DNA of 64,000 bases from an uncultured delta proteobacterium. GTDB taxonomy: Bacteria > Myxococcota > Myxococcia > Myxococcales > Myxococcaceae. The stretch spans positions 224,001 through 288,000 of the forward strand of contig CAVQKE010000007.1 in assembly GCA_963713045.1 (NCBI GenBank). Reading direction: 5' to 3'. Shown one piece after another: positions 21,386 to 31,671 of the stretch. Under the pieces are notes generated by a model, which worked only from the letters and a program-made list of their open reading frames with translations, was not told the origin of the DNA and ran no database searches. Position numbers and translations under genes: made by a program. Position 1 is the stretch's first letter. Each line of letters starts with the position of its first letter.

Positions 21386-21731
21386 CTACCAGCCTGACTG
21401 GCGGTCCGGCTGAGATGCCACATCAAACAAGACCTCTGGGTACTTCTTCGCAACATTGAGCAGTTCTAGCGTGGCGTCGGATGGCTGGCGGGCGCTGGCT
21501 CCCAAGCCTGGACCGCACGTGGGCTGACGTTCAGGATTCGGGCGAACGCGGCCTGTGCCACGCGCATCCCGGCACGGACAACGACAACGTCTTCACTCTC
21601 ATGGGCCGTGGGGGCCTCCGCTCGACATCGCGGATAGTCAGCAGAGCCTTCCCACCTTGGTACGCGATCGCGTCCTCAAACCCAGCGTTGACCTTCGAGA
21701 AGCCGCGGCTACCCGGTCCCCTCTGCTTCAT
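21386..21731 (-). pseudogene. XRE-family HTH regulator / HigA-like antitoxin, frameshifted
   Basis: AAGGAG RBS and ATG at 21731. Pieced across frames: GFEDAIAY..RPM / EDVVVVRAGMRVAQAAFARILNVSPRAVQAWE / RQPSDATLELLNVAKKYPEVL. Confidence 0.7.
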
Positions 21732-21780
21732 GGCGTCTCCTTCTTGAGTCGCCCAACCAATGCGGCGACGTCTCGGCGCT

Positions 21781-21895
21781 CCGAACGTACTCCCGAACCT
21801 ACCGCCGTGAGCGTCTGGGAGCCCGCGTCCTGAGGTTTCGACGGGCGGCGAGGGGTTAATGCCAAGACCCCGTTGGTACATTCAGGAGCCTCGGG
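21781..21895 (+). repeat. composite repeat R8 (arm portion only)
   Basis: CGAACGT at 21782, CGAACCT at 21794, GCCAAGACCCC at 21861, TACATTCAGGAGCC; tRNA part absent. Confidence 0.8.
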
Positions 21896-21992
21896 TGAGG
21901 AAGGAAGGATAGACCGCCACACCAGGACGGGTAAGCGTGGCCAGCCGCATGCCTTCTCAGCTCCGTCGGTGGCCCTGGGCTAGAGTCCACCC

Positions 21993-24696
21993 GTGCGTCT
22001 GACAGCGGGCACCCGGGTCGGCCCCTATGAGGTAGTGGCTCTCCTGGGGGCTGGGGGGATGGCCGAGGTATACCGGGCCAAGGACACACGGCTGGGGCGC
22101 GACGTAGCCATTAAGGTCGTGTCCGAGGAACTCGCCGGCGACGGAGCGCTTCTCGAGCGCTTTGAGCGCGAGGCAAAGCTGGCCGCCTCGCTGGCTCATC
22201 CCAACGTTGTCGCTCTTCACGACGTCGGGTTTCACGACGGGAAGCCCTACTTCGTCACCGAATTGCTTCAAGGCGAGACGCTGAGGGAGCGGCTGGCCCA
22301 AGGGCCGGTTCCGCTGGCCACGGCTCTCGAGTGGGCGGCAGCCATGGCCCAGGGGCTAGCCGCGGCGCACGCGCGCGGCATTGTGCACCGGGACTTGAAG
22401 CCCGAAAACGTCTTCGTCACGCAGGACGGGCACGTCAAGCTTATTGACTTCGGCATAGCCAAGCTCGTCGAGGAGGCCCGCGAGGCGGCACCCCACGCCT
22501 TGCTGGACGAGACCCTGTCCCCCTCCGGAGCTCATACCGGGACGGGGATGGTGCTCGGGACCCCCGGCTACATGTCGCCCGAGCAGGTGCGGGGCGACCC
22601 GGTTGACGCCCGGACGGACTTCTTCAGCCTCGGAGCGGTTCTATACGAGATGCTGGCCGGACACCGGGCCTTTCCGGCGAGCTCTCTGGTGGAAAGCGGC
22701 TACGCCATTCTCCGCACCGAGCCCGAGCCTCTTCCGACGACCATTCCCCCGGCCCTCGTACAGGTGGCGCGGCGCTGCCTCGAGAAGGACCCCGCGCGGC
22801 GCTTCCAGTCTGCGCGAGACCTGGCATTCCATCTCGAGCTGCTGCGGGCACCCACTGGTTCCGGGCCGCCTACCGAAACGAAGCCGGCAATCGCGGCACA
22901 GCCATCGGCCTGGCGACGCTGGGGCCGGCCCTTGGTCTCCGGACCGGTCGGCGTAGCCGTCGCGGTCGGCTTTCTCGCCCTAGCCGTTGTCCAGCTCGCC
23001 CTGCGGGGCCGAGGCTCGGGCGCCGCGCCACAGCTCCGGCTCTCTCAGGTCACGTTCGCCGAGGGCGTCGAGTCGTCGCCCGCCTGGTCGGGCGATGGAA
23101 CAAGCCTGGCGTACTCGGCGGACGTCGGGAACCTGCGCCAGATCTTCGTCAAAAACCTACAGACGGGCGAGGAGAAGCGCCTGACGAAGAGCGACTTCGA
23201 CGACATCCAGCCCGCCTCGTCTCCGGACGGCCGGACGATCCTCTTCGCGCGCTCGCGCAAGGCCGGGCAGCGTCTGGAGCCCTCAGACGTGTTCGGGTAC
23301 TACGACGACGGCGACATTTGGGCGATCGACGTCGCGTCCGGCAAAGAGACGCGGCTCGTCGAGAACGCGTTCGATCCGGCCTACTCTTCCGACGGCAAGC
23401 GCATCGCGGTGGACGCGTCCTGGGCGGGTCCGAGGCAGATCTGGATCCTGGATGCCCAGGGGCACAACCCCCAGCAGGTTACGTCGGACGTCTCCGAAGC
23501 CGTCGTGCACATGCGGCCGCGCTGGTCTCCGGACGGCAGGCGGATCGTCTTCCAGAACATCGAGCGCACCAAATTCGACGTCCGGGTCGTGGATGTGGCC
23601 TCGAAGGCCCTCGCTTGGATCACCAACGACCTCTACCAGGACATCGATCCGGTCTGGTCCCCTTCGGGCCGCTTCGTCTATTTCTCGTCCTATCGTAGCG
23701 GAGGCCTGAACCTGTGGAGGAGCGAGATAGGCCAGGACGGCGCGCCGGCTGGGCCGCCGCAGCAGCTCACGACTGGCGCAGGGCAGGATGTCGAGGCCGC
23801 CTTGTCGGCCGATGGCAAGAAGCTCGCCTTCGCGATCCTGAAGCAGAACGCCGACATCTGGAAGCTGCCCGTCTCGCCAGAGAGCGGGCGCCCGGTGGGC
23901 GAGCCGCAGGAGGTCGTCGCGACGACGCGTGAGGACAGCCGCGGCGCCTGGTCGCCGGACGGAAAGTGGATCGCCTTCAACTCCGACCGCTCGGGCGACA
24001 TGAACATCTGGCTGTACTCGCTCGCGGACGGCTCGACGCGCCAGCTCACGAAAGGTCCCGGCGGCGACTTCCAGCCGACCTGGTCGCCCGACGGGCGCTG
24101 GCTCGTCTTCTTTCTCGTCGCGCTCGGGAAACGCCGACATCTGGAAGGTCGAGGTCGCGTCGGGCAAGCTCGTCCAGCTCACGAAGGCTCCCTCGATCGA
24201 CATCAATCCGTTCTTCTCGCCAGACGGCCGGCAGATTGCCTACCAGTCGGACCAGGGAGGCCGCTTGGAGGTCTGGCTCATGACTACCGACGGCGACGAG
24301 CCGCGTCAGCTCACCCGCGTCGGCGCAGGCGGCCATTTCCTGCGCTTTTCTCGAGACGGCCGGGAGGTCGTCTTCCGCTGCCCGACCTGCGGTGGAAAAG
24401 GTCAGACGATGCGTGTTGCCGTCGACGGCGGCGAGCCGCAGCGAGTCGGCGAGCAGGCGGGCGGCTCGCACATCTCCTTCTCACCCGATTTCTCGAGGAT
24501 CATGGACGTCACGGGCCACAAGACCCTCTGGGTTTCGCCGCTGACAGGCGGGGATCCCCAGAAGGTCTTCGAGTTCACCGACCCACGCGTCCGGATTGAC
24601 TATCCCGTCTGGTCGCCGGACGGCCGTTTCGTGCTTTTCGACCGCTTCCGCCCCGAGGGCGGGGACATTTGGGTGATGGAGGATTTCGAGCAATGA
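21993..24696 (+). CDS. Hanks-type Ser/Thr protein kinase with C-terminal PD40/TolB-like beta-propeller; +1 frameshift near 24111
   Basis: LGAGGMAEVY, HRDLKPEN, DFG, GTPGYMSPE, a TM, then many WSPDG repeats. An extra T in TTCTTTCTCG shifts the frame; the C-terminus is in ORF 24265-24696. Confidence 0.9.
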
Positions 24697-24764
24697 GCGT
24701 AGGCAAGTCGTTCTCGGAGCGCTACGGCACCCTCACGGCGCTGCGCGCTAGCTCGCAGCCGTTC

Positions 24765-24795
24765 GGTCGTGGGTTCGAATCCCATCCGCCGCTCT
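24765..24795 (+). repeat. repeat R9: tRNA T-arm and acceptor strand fragment
   Basis: GGTCGTGGGTTCGAATCCCATCCGCCGCTCT. Confidence 0.85.
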
Positions 24796-24868
24796 CGTAT
24801 GGGCGAACTTCCCAGCCAATTTTCTGGCCACAGGCAAGCCACGGGTCCGCCGGTCCAAGACTTCAGGC

Positions 24869-24894
24869 AAAAAAAGGGCGGCTTGCGCCGCCCT
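24869..24894 (-). terminator. rho-independent terminator
   Basis: Minus strand AGGGCGGC-GCAA-GCCGCCC followed by T7, just downstream of the 24917-25231 gene. Confidence 0.75.
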
Positions 24895-24916
24895 CAAGAA
24901 TACTCAACCCGATCCC

Positions 24917-25231
24917 TTAGGCACGAGCCGTGATTTTGGGAATCGTTGAGCTGCACACTTCGTAGCTCAGAACTTGCGGAGTCCCTTGAACGACGTTGCC
25001 CAAGGCCTTCAGCACTTCCGGGTAGGCTGCGCGGCCGTACTGCTCGGCTTTCTCCTTCGACTCCCAGAAACTAATCGCATACGCCTCGTTCCCGTTGGAG
25101 CCGATGAAGGCGACTTCCTCCTGAAACCCTGGCTGCTTGCGCAGAAGGGGAAGCACGTCCTTCTCCAGCGTCTGGGTGAACTGCGTGGCGGTGTTGGGCT
25201 TCAGTTGCAAATGCACGTTGCGAGCAAACAT
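24917..25231 (-). CDS. small ABM/Dabb-like hypothetical protein
   Basis: MFARNVHLQLKP..LRKQPGF..AISFWESKE pattern; followed by a terminator. Confidence 0.75.
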   Translation of the reverse strand: MFARNVHLQLKPNTATQFTQTLEKDVLPLLRKQPGFQEEVAFIGSNGNEAYAISFWESKEKAEQYGRAAYPEVLKALGNVVQGTPQVLSYEVCSSTIPKITARA

Positions 25232-25698
25232 GGTGAGACCTCGGATTCGTTCTTACTACGCATTTACGAATCGAGACCGCCTGACCTAGTGCAGATGACT
25301 CGAGTGCCGAGCGGTACGCTCGCACACAACACAAACTAACCAGCTTCCGCGGAAGCGCCAGCAAAAGGTCGGAACCAGCTTTTCTCATTCCTGGCTGAGA
25401 GAAATCAGTGGCCCGGCGCCCGTGCAACGGCGGGAGCTTAGGCGGCCCGCCGCCTCCAGAGAGGACCCGGAAACGACAGGGAGTCGCTCGTCACCATTGC
25501 CTGCAGACGCCAAGCGTCGGGGCTAGTCCCATCTCTCTGGAGAAGACATGCTGTCACGTCGGCCAGAGGTACGCTTCCGCGGTGGCCGACACCAACCGGA
25601 TGGCACCAAGGAGAGATTTGGACGCGAGCCCTTGCCCTTGGTGAAAAGGCTTGGCACCCTCCTCGCCCAGCGAGCCCAGGGGCCGCCAGGAGGCTGCC

Positions 25699-26172
25699 GT
25701 GGCCACGAAAGCGAAGCATTTCATTCCAGAGGGTTACCACACAGTGACGCCTTACCTCATCGTCAGGGGCGCCGCGCGGGCGATCGATTTCTACAAAACG
25801 GCGTTTGGGGCAACTGAGCTCTTCCGAATGCCAATGCCCGATGGGAGGCTTGGCCATGCAGAGATCCGCATAAGCGGCTCAATCGTGATGCTCGCGGACG
25901 AGTTTCCGGAGAGAAACGTGAAGGGTCCGCAAAGCCTCGGCGGTACGAGCGTGGGCATCAGCGTCTACGTCGAGGACTGCGACGCATCCTTTAATCGGGC
26001 CGTTGCCGCAGGAGCCAAGGTCGAACAGCCGCTGGCGGACAAGTTCTACGGGGATCGCTCCGGTACTCTGCTCGACCCCTACGGCCACAAGTGGACTTTT
26101 TCGACCCACGTCGAGGACGTTTCTCCCGAAGAGATGAACACGCGCATGGGGAAGCAAGGGCACAGCGATTGA
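25699..26172 (+). CDS. VOC family protein (PhnB-like)
   Basis: IPEGYHTVTPYL, AIDFYKTAFGA, DKFYGDRSG..DPYGHKW; AGGAGG RBS before GTG 25699. Confidence 0.9.
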   Translation: MATKAKHFIPEGYHTVTPYLIVRGAARAIDFYKTAFGATELFRMPMPDGRLGHAEIRISGSIVMLADEFPERNVKGPQSLGGTSVGISVYVEDCDASFNRAVAAGAKVEQPLADKFYGDRSGTLLDPYGHKWTFSTHVEDVSPEEMNTRMGKQGHSD

Positions 26173-26251
26173 AGGGCGGATTGGTTGCGACCCTATGCGC
26201 TGAGTGACGGCCCACCCCGTAAGTCGAGGGGGGCTCCAAGGGAAAAGATTG

Positions 26252-26410
26252 TCAGCGGCGCACCGAAGACGACACTTCGCCGAGCGCATCGGTCAGGGCA
26301 CGCGCTGGATCTTGCGGTGCGTCGACGGAGCGCCAAGCGATGAAACCATCGGGGCGAATCAACGACACGCCTTCCGGTCCGATGCCGAAGGCCTTGACCA
26401 AAGGACTGTT
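26252..26410 (-). pseudogene. C-terminal remnant of an aromatic-ring FAD monooxygenase
   Basis: FGIGPEGVSLIRPDGFIAWRS motif with no upstream gene body. Confidence 0.6.
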
Positions 26411-26457
26411 GGTCACGCAGCGAGAAGCTGTCGGTTGACCGCGAACCGATTCACTGT

Positions 26458-26847
26458 TCAGCCCGGAGTGAATGTTCCGCCGGCGATACCGCACGCGCTC
26501 TCTAAGGTCGTCGTCGTGACTGAGCCAGCATCCGATCCATCAGGGAGCGTGTACGTATACTGGTAGTTGTCGCCCGTTCCAGTGCCGATGGCGCAAACGC
26601 CCAAGGTGCCTGCCATAGAGCAGGGGCTCGACGAGTAGGCGCCATTGCCTGTGCTGCAGGTGTTCTCTGCGGCGGAAGAGTTGTACTCCGTCCCGAGAAA
26701 ATCCTCGCAGTAGTCATAGCCGGCGTCGGTTGTGAACAGACAGCTCCCGGTGTCGCCGCACCCTGGCAACAAAAAACCGACGATGACGAGCAATGAGCAG
26801 CGCCATAGAAACGTCCCCACAGTCTTGCTCCGATGAAGTCGGGCCAA
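26458..26847 (-). CDS. Cys-rich lipoprotein, hypothetical
   Basis: LLPGC lipobox; multiple Cys; directly downstream of the TonB receptor. Confidence 0.65.
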   Translation of the reverse strand: MARLHRSKTVGTFLWRCSLLVIVGFLLPGCGDTGSCLFTTDAGYDYCEDFLGTEYNSSAAENTCSTGNGAYSSSPCSMAGTLGVCAIGTGTGDNYQYTYTLPDGSDAGSVTTTTLESACGIAGGTFTPG

Positions 26848-26856
26848 TTGGGTTTT

Positions 26857-29286
26857 TCAGCCGAAATGAATGAGCAGTCGCAGATCAAATCGGCGCAGTG
26901 CGGCGTACTGGGAGTTGCCGAAGAATCCGGTGCCCAGCCGGTAGGCGTAGATGTCGTTGAAGAGGTTGAAGACGTCGAACGCGAGTTGGGGCTTGAAAGG
27001 CAGGTCAAAGGTGTGGCTCATCGTCACATCGACGGTGGAATGCTCGGGCACGGTCTCGTTGGTGGCGATCCCGGTATGGAAGCCGCTCCCGTAGTTGAAG
27101 CGGATGGCTAAGTTGTTCCACTTGCCGGCATCCTGAAGGACGAGGCCGACGTTTGCCGTCCAGTTCTGCACGTGGTCCATGGTGGTCCAGACTGCTGACG
27201 CTGTCAGGTCGTCCGGCGAGAACAAGAACTTCTGTGAATTGATGTTGAGCTGCTGCGCGTCCTGGGCGCTCAGATTGGCGAAGCCGCTCAAGATGAACCC
27301 GCGAAACTTCGCGATTTGACCGGAGCCGTACAGGTCGAAGCCGAGCGCCCGACCCTGTGCCCAGTTGAAGCTGGCCCACAGATCGGAGTTCCCAATGTTC
27401 TGGTGATCGAGCATGTTGTGGGTGAGGCGAATCCAGCCGGTCAGCCCCAGGGTAATCCAGGGCTTGGGATGCACGGAGACGCCGAGTTCGGCGCTGAGAG
27501 TCGTCGCGGGCTTGAGATCCACCGGCTGCGGCTGCCCTCCCAAGGACGGGACGAGGATCGGCGCCAACACCGGAGCGTCGAAGTTGACCGGTGCCTCCCA
27601 GAGGTAGCCGACAAAGGCGTGAAGGATCACAGCGTCGTTGAGCGCATACGAGGCGCCCAGACGAGCGCTAGGCCCGCTCAGGAAGAGGTTGGGCTCGTTG
27701 GAAGGGGCGAAGCTGGTGTTCTGAAAGTCGAAACGCACGCCCGGTAGAAACGTGAAATTGCCCACTTCGATCCGATCTTCCAAGTAGACGCCGGCAGATA
27801 GCGTGTTGATGTTGTCGCTGCCGCTCAGCGTCAGAGACGGGTCTGGGCCACCCGAGGGCGAGCCGTCGTCGCGCGTGAACAGCGAGGTGTTTACGGAGCT
27901 CTGCTGATCGCGGACCTCAACCCCCGCCTTCCAGGTGTTGCCGGTCAGCCAGTTCCAGCTTGCACTGGCAAGGCCGCCGAATTGGACAGCATTGCGGCTG
28001 AACGTGTTGCAGACGGAACCGGGATCGGCGGTGGCGCCCAGCGAGCCAGCCGGATCGCAGTTGAAGTCCTCGTAGAGACCTCGGGAAAAGATGGAGATCT
28101 GGGTGCCGACGTCGCCGTCGTGAATATAGGACAGCGCCGCGAAGAACGTGCGCTCGAAGTCGGTCGGGTTGGCGTTGTAAGGGACGAATGGCGGCGGCGG
28201 GTTGCCGTACACGTCGTTGCCCCGGACTGCACCCGGTGGGGCGTCCGAGAGCGGCAGCATCGTCGGATCGATCGGAATCTGGAACTTGTCCTGTTCGTAG
28301 GTCGCGATCAGCGCCAACCGGTTGCGGCTGTCGACCTCGTAGTCCAGCTTGACGAAGCCGTTACCGCCGCTCCGGTAGTCATGGAGCACACCGACGGCGT
28401 TGGGAGTGTCCAAGCCGCGAACCGTACTGACGTAGTCCGCGCTGGCGAAGACACCGAGCTTGCCGATGGTCTGGGAGTAGTTGAGCGCGACGTCGGTGAA
28501 GTTGTAGGTCCCATACGTGATTTGCGCTTCCGCGGTGGGATTGACCGTCGGCCGCCGGGTCTGGATATCGACAACACCGCCGAGCGAGGAGCTGTACTCG
28601 ATCGGGAACCCGCCCGTGTAAACTGTGATGTTTTGCACCAGCCGGATCGGCAACGTGTTCAACAACTGTCCGACGGTCCCCAGCGGGGGAGTGAAGATCG
28701 GGATCCCGTCGACGACATAAAGGATCGCGCCGTCGGCACCACGCACGTGGATATTGGAACCGAACGAATCGGCGACGGTTCCAGGCTGCATCGTCACGAT
28801 GTCCGCGATGGTCTGATTGTCGCCGCCAGGCAAGGCTTCCACCTGCTCGCGTGTGACCGTGGTGGCACTGGCGCCGATGAGAGCCGGATCGGGCCGCACA
28901 GCTGTGACCGTCGTCTGAAAGCTGGGCGACTCAACAGGGGCCACCACGTCTGAGCGCCCTGGCAAAAGCAGGTCGGTGGCGGGGACTTCGGGGACGAACG
29001 GCTGTTCGCCCGCGTCTGCGATGGCCAGCCTCGCATTCGTTTGCTGCGAGGACTCGGCGACCGGTGCGACGGTCGTGGAAGGGACCTGAGTGGGAGGCGC
29101 GGAGGGCGGCGGAGCCTTGGGGGCTGGAATGTCCGACTGGGCTGGTGCAGGCGAGGAGAGCAGGAATGCCGCGATGCCGAGCGGCCAAAGCCGCAACAGC
29201 TTCGGCGAAGACGGCTGGGCCACTAATCGCGCACCGGAGTGAGAGTGCTCTGGCAAGTCGTCGCCGAGGAATTGACGTCGGAGCAA
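26857..29286 (-). CDS. TonB-dependent receptor
   Basis: Plug motifs (IHVRG, VVDGIP, GGVVDIQT), beta-barrel pattern, C-terminal FDVFNLFN..LLIHFG; start uncertain. Confidence 0.88.
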   Translation of the reverse strand: MLRRQFLGDDLPEHSHSGARLVAQPSSPKLLRLWPLGIAAFLLSSPAPAQSDIPAPKAPPPSAPPTQVPSTTVAPVAESSQQTNARLAIADAGEQPFVPEVPATDLLLPGRSDVVAPVESPSFQTTVTAVRPDPALIGASATTVTREQVEALPGGDNQTIADIVTMQPGTVADSFGSNIHVRGADGAILYVVDGIPIFTPPLGTVGQLLNTLPIRLVQNITVYTGGFPIEYSSSLGGVVDIQTRRPTVNPTAEAQITYGTYNFTDVALNYSQTIGKLGVFASADYVSTVRGLDTPNAVGVLHDYRSGGNGFVKLDYEVDSRNRLALIATYEQDKFQIPIDPTMLPLSDAPPGAVRGNDVYGNPPPPFVPYNANPTDFERTFFAALSYIHDGDVGTQISIFSRGLYEDFNCDPAGSLGATADPGSVCNTFSRNAVQFGGLASASWNWLTGNTWKAGVEVRDQQSSVNTSLFTRDDGSPSGGPDPSLTLSGSDNINTLSAGVYLEDRIEVGNFTFLPGVRFDFQNTSFAPSNEPNLFLSGPSARLGASYALNDAVILHAFVGYLWEAPVNFDAPVLAPILVPSLGGQPQPVDLKPATTLSAELGVSVHPKPWITLGLTGWIRLTHNMLDHQNIGNSDLWASFNWAQGRALGFDLYGSGQIAKFRGFILSGFANLSAQDAQQLNINSQKFLFSPDDLTASAVWTTMDHVQNWTANVGLVLQDAGKWNNLAIRFNYGSGFHTGIATNETVPEHSTVDVTMSHTFDLPFKPQLAFDVFNLFNDIYAYRLGTGFFGNSQYAALRRFDLRLLIHFG

Positions 29287-29822
29287 GTGAACGTGAGCCC
29301 CCCGTCCGCGGTCGGCGTTGCCTCACAATTCCAAGTCTCGGCGCCACCATCTCCGACAGACACCCCGCCATTTGCGGCCGAGGGTGTCGCGGAGACAATC
29401 CATCCGCCCAAGCTTGGCGTCCTCGTGGGTTGGAGGGTTTGTACGCCCGACAGACCGAGAACGGACCAAGTGCCGAACATCTCGCAGCCATTCACGCTGA
29501 GCGTGAACGCACCACCGTCTCCACAGGAACCCGATGCCCTGTACTCGAGGGGTATGGAGGCTGGGCTCGGATTGTCGCCATCGGGGCAGGCCCACGGCCA
29601 CCACTGGCCGGCATCGGCCACACCGTTGGTTGCAGTGGTTATCTGCGGAGCCGCACTGTCGTCATATGTGCCAAAACCACACCCGGCGCCGACGAACAAA
29701 TCCGCGAGGGCGACCAACGACAGTAGGGCGCGTCCAAGCCTGCTTCCCGCACTTCGCGCCACCGCACAAATCAACCGCGCCTCGTTGTGCAAGCACCCTC
29801 CTTCGGTGCCGTAATGCCACAA
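29223..29822 (-). CDS. Cys-containing secreted/lipoprotein, hypothetical
   Basis: Hydrophobic leader ending in GAGC; Cys/Gly/Thr-rich; start uncertain. Confidence 0.55.
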   Translation of the reverse strand: MWHYGTEGGCLHNEARLICAVARSAGSRLGRALLSLVALADLFVGAGCGFGTYDDSAAPQITTATNGVADAGQWWPWACPDGDNPSPASIPLEYRASGSCGDGGAFTLSVNGCEMFGTWSVLGLSGVQTLQPTRTPSLGGWIVSATPSAANGGVSVGDGGAETWNCEATPTADGGLTFTCSDVNSSATTCQSTLTPVRD

Positions 29823-30087
29823 GCCGAAATGCTTGGTTATCAGGCGAATGCCTTAGGAGGACGGCCGGCCCTTGGGCTCAGTGCTGTTGCGAAGCGCGAC
29901 TGCCGCTCTCGGTGTCACGAAATGTGGGGATTAAGCCGAGCTCCTCAACATCCCCAGCAAACGTCGCGCGTTCCACATCGAGTGGAGCTGGTCAGCTTGC
30001 GGGCGCGCAGACCTCGCTGTCGAAACGTGTGTCGATGATGGATCCCAAGAATGCTGGACACCGTCGGAGGCGAACTGCTTCGCATCC

Positions 30088-30250
30088 GCCGAACGTCATT
30101 CCGAACGTAACGCTGGGAGCTCCTTGGGGGGCGACGGCAGCGGTCTCGCCGGGCGACGAACGGACTGCCAAGACCCCGTAGCAACGTTCAAGAATCCGAA
30201 GCTAGCTTCCCAAGCTCGGAGTCGCGGGTTCGAATGGTATCCGCCGCCCT
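30088..30250 (+). repeat. composite repeat R10 (complete, CGAACGT type)
   Basis: CGAACGT at 30090 and 30102; GCCAAGACCCC; ACGTTCA at 30184-30190; AGCTTCCCAAGCTCGGAGTCGCGGGTTCGAAT..CCGCCGCCCT at 30204-30250. Confidence 0.9.
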
Positions 30251-30291
30251 AGGCCTTATCTGGTCGAGCGACCTCGAGGCTCGGTGCCGAG

Positions 30292-30636
30292 TCAGCGGCC
30301 GAGAACGATGTCCACTCCCGCGAAGATGAGCTCCAACTGCTTCTTCGAAACGCGGCCCACCCGCTCGTTGAGCAGGGCACGGTCAAGCGTGACGATTTGC
30401 GAGACGTTGGCAACCGAGTCCTTGCCTAGCCCAGAGGTCCGCGCGGGCAGGAGCACATTTCCTGGCGCGTTAGCCCACTTGAGGTTGCTCGTGAGCGGAA
30501 CGCACACGACCGTTGCGAGGCGGCTCCGGTTGAGCGAATCACCCTGCACGACCAGGACGGGCCGCCGAAATCCCGGTCCGGACCCAACGGGATCGGGCAG
30601 GTCGGCCCAGCAGACATCAGCCTGCGCGATCACCAC
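30292..30636 (-). CDS. mazF: PemK/MazF family toxin
   Basis: WADLPDPVGSGPGFRRPVLVVQGDSLN, SVANVSQIVTLDR. Confidence 0.92.
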   Translation of the reverse strand: MVIAQADVCWADLPDPVGSGPGFRRPVLVVQGDSLNRSRLATVVCVPLTSNLKWANAPGNVLLPARTSGLGKDSVANVSQIVTLDRALLNERVGRVSKKQLELIFAGVDIVLGR

Positions 30637-30866
30637 TCAGACTGCTCCAGCACCTGACGCGCAGCATTCGACGAGAACGAGTCCAGTCGTGTGTCCATCT
30701 GGGCGGAGACGTCGTTCATGGCCTCCGTGATCGCCTCCGGCTCGTGTCGGGCGACGTACTCCGCGACCGCCTCCTGGTAGAGTTCGCTGCGCGACTTCTT
30801 CAGACGCTTTGCGAGTCGCTCGGCCTCGTGGAAGATGCCGTCTGGCAATGAAATTGCTGTCTTCAT
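30630..30866 (-). CDS. RHH antitoxin (MazE/ChpI-like)
   Basis: MKTAISLPDGIFHEAERLAKRLKKSRSELYQEAV; overlaps the toxin start; TATACT 6 nt upstream of the ATG. Confidence 0.88.
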   Translation of the reverse strand: MKTAISLPDGIFHEAERLAKRLKKSRSELYQEAVAEYVARHEPEAITEAMNDVSAQMDTRLDSFSSNAARQVLEQSEW

Positions 30867-31137
30867 ACCGAAAGTATAACCACCTGAGTCTTTGTCCCGC
30901 AACAGGGTACCTAGCCCCCCCAGGGTCTATAGGGCTCGGACGTGACGCGCGCTCTGCGGCATGGAGAACCCTCCGCACCCGAGCGGGCAGCGAACAGGTA
31001 GCGAACGCCATCCGAAAACCTCGCTAACCAACCGACTTCATGTCGCTGGGTAGATGCTTTAGAACTGCCGCGATCGAATCGTCGGACGCAGCGAGAATGG
31101 CGAAGCACGGTCACATCCCCTCCAAGAGGAGACCTCC

Positions 31138-31671
31138 GTGGCGCTCGTGGTCTTCCTGAAAGGAATCAACGTCGGCGGGCACAAGCTCGTCCATCCGTCC
31201 CTGCTCGCCCAGCAGCTGAAACGCTACGATGTAGTCAACTTTGGTGCGGCAGGAACCTTCTTGGTTCGTCGGCCGGTCAGTCAGAGCCAGCTACTCGCGG
31301 AAATCGAGCGCCGATTGCCGGTCCAGGCTGAAGTCATCATCTGCGACAGCGGCGCGCTTCTCGGCGCGGCGTCCGCCTCCCGCTTTGGACGCGCTCCGAT
31401 TCGCTCCGATGTCGTTCGCTTCGTGAGTGTGATGTCCCGCCTACCTCGTCGGCCGGCGCCCCCCACCCCTTTCGCGCTCCCTCTGCACGGAAGTTGGTTG
31501 GTGAGAGTCCTCGCAAGGGAAGGCAGGTTTCTGTTCGGGATCTACCGACGTCAAATGCAGACGATACGGCAACTCGCCGCGATGGATAGACTCTTCGGCA
31601 CACCCATCACGACACGCAATTGGAATACGATCGCTGCCATTCGAAAGGTACTGGAAGACGGACGTTCATGA
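31138..31671 (+). CDS. DUF1697 domain protein
   Basis: VVFLKGINVGGH N-terminus and TTRNWNT C-terminus; GAGGA RBS. Confidence 0.85.
   Translation: MALVVFLKGINVGGHKLVHPSLLAQQLKRYDVVNFGAAGTFLVRRPVSQSQLLAEIERRLPVQAEVIICDSGALLGAASASRFGRAPIRSDVVRFVSVMSRLPRRPAPPTPFALPLHGSWLVRVLAREGRFLFGIYRRQMQTIRQLAAMDRLFGTPITTRNWNTIAAIRKVLEDGRS

Noticed and set aside
30991..31020. Three CGAA motifs at 11-bp spacing as another repeat copy
   Set aside because: The period is 11 rather than 12, with no GCCAAGACCCC core, inverted motif or tRNA fragment; could be chance.
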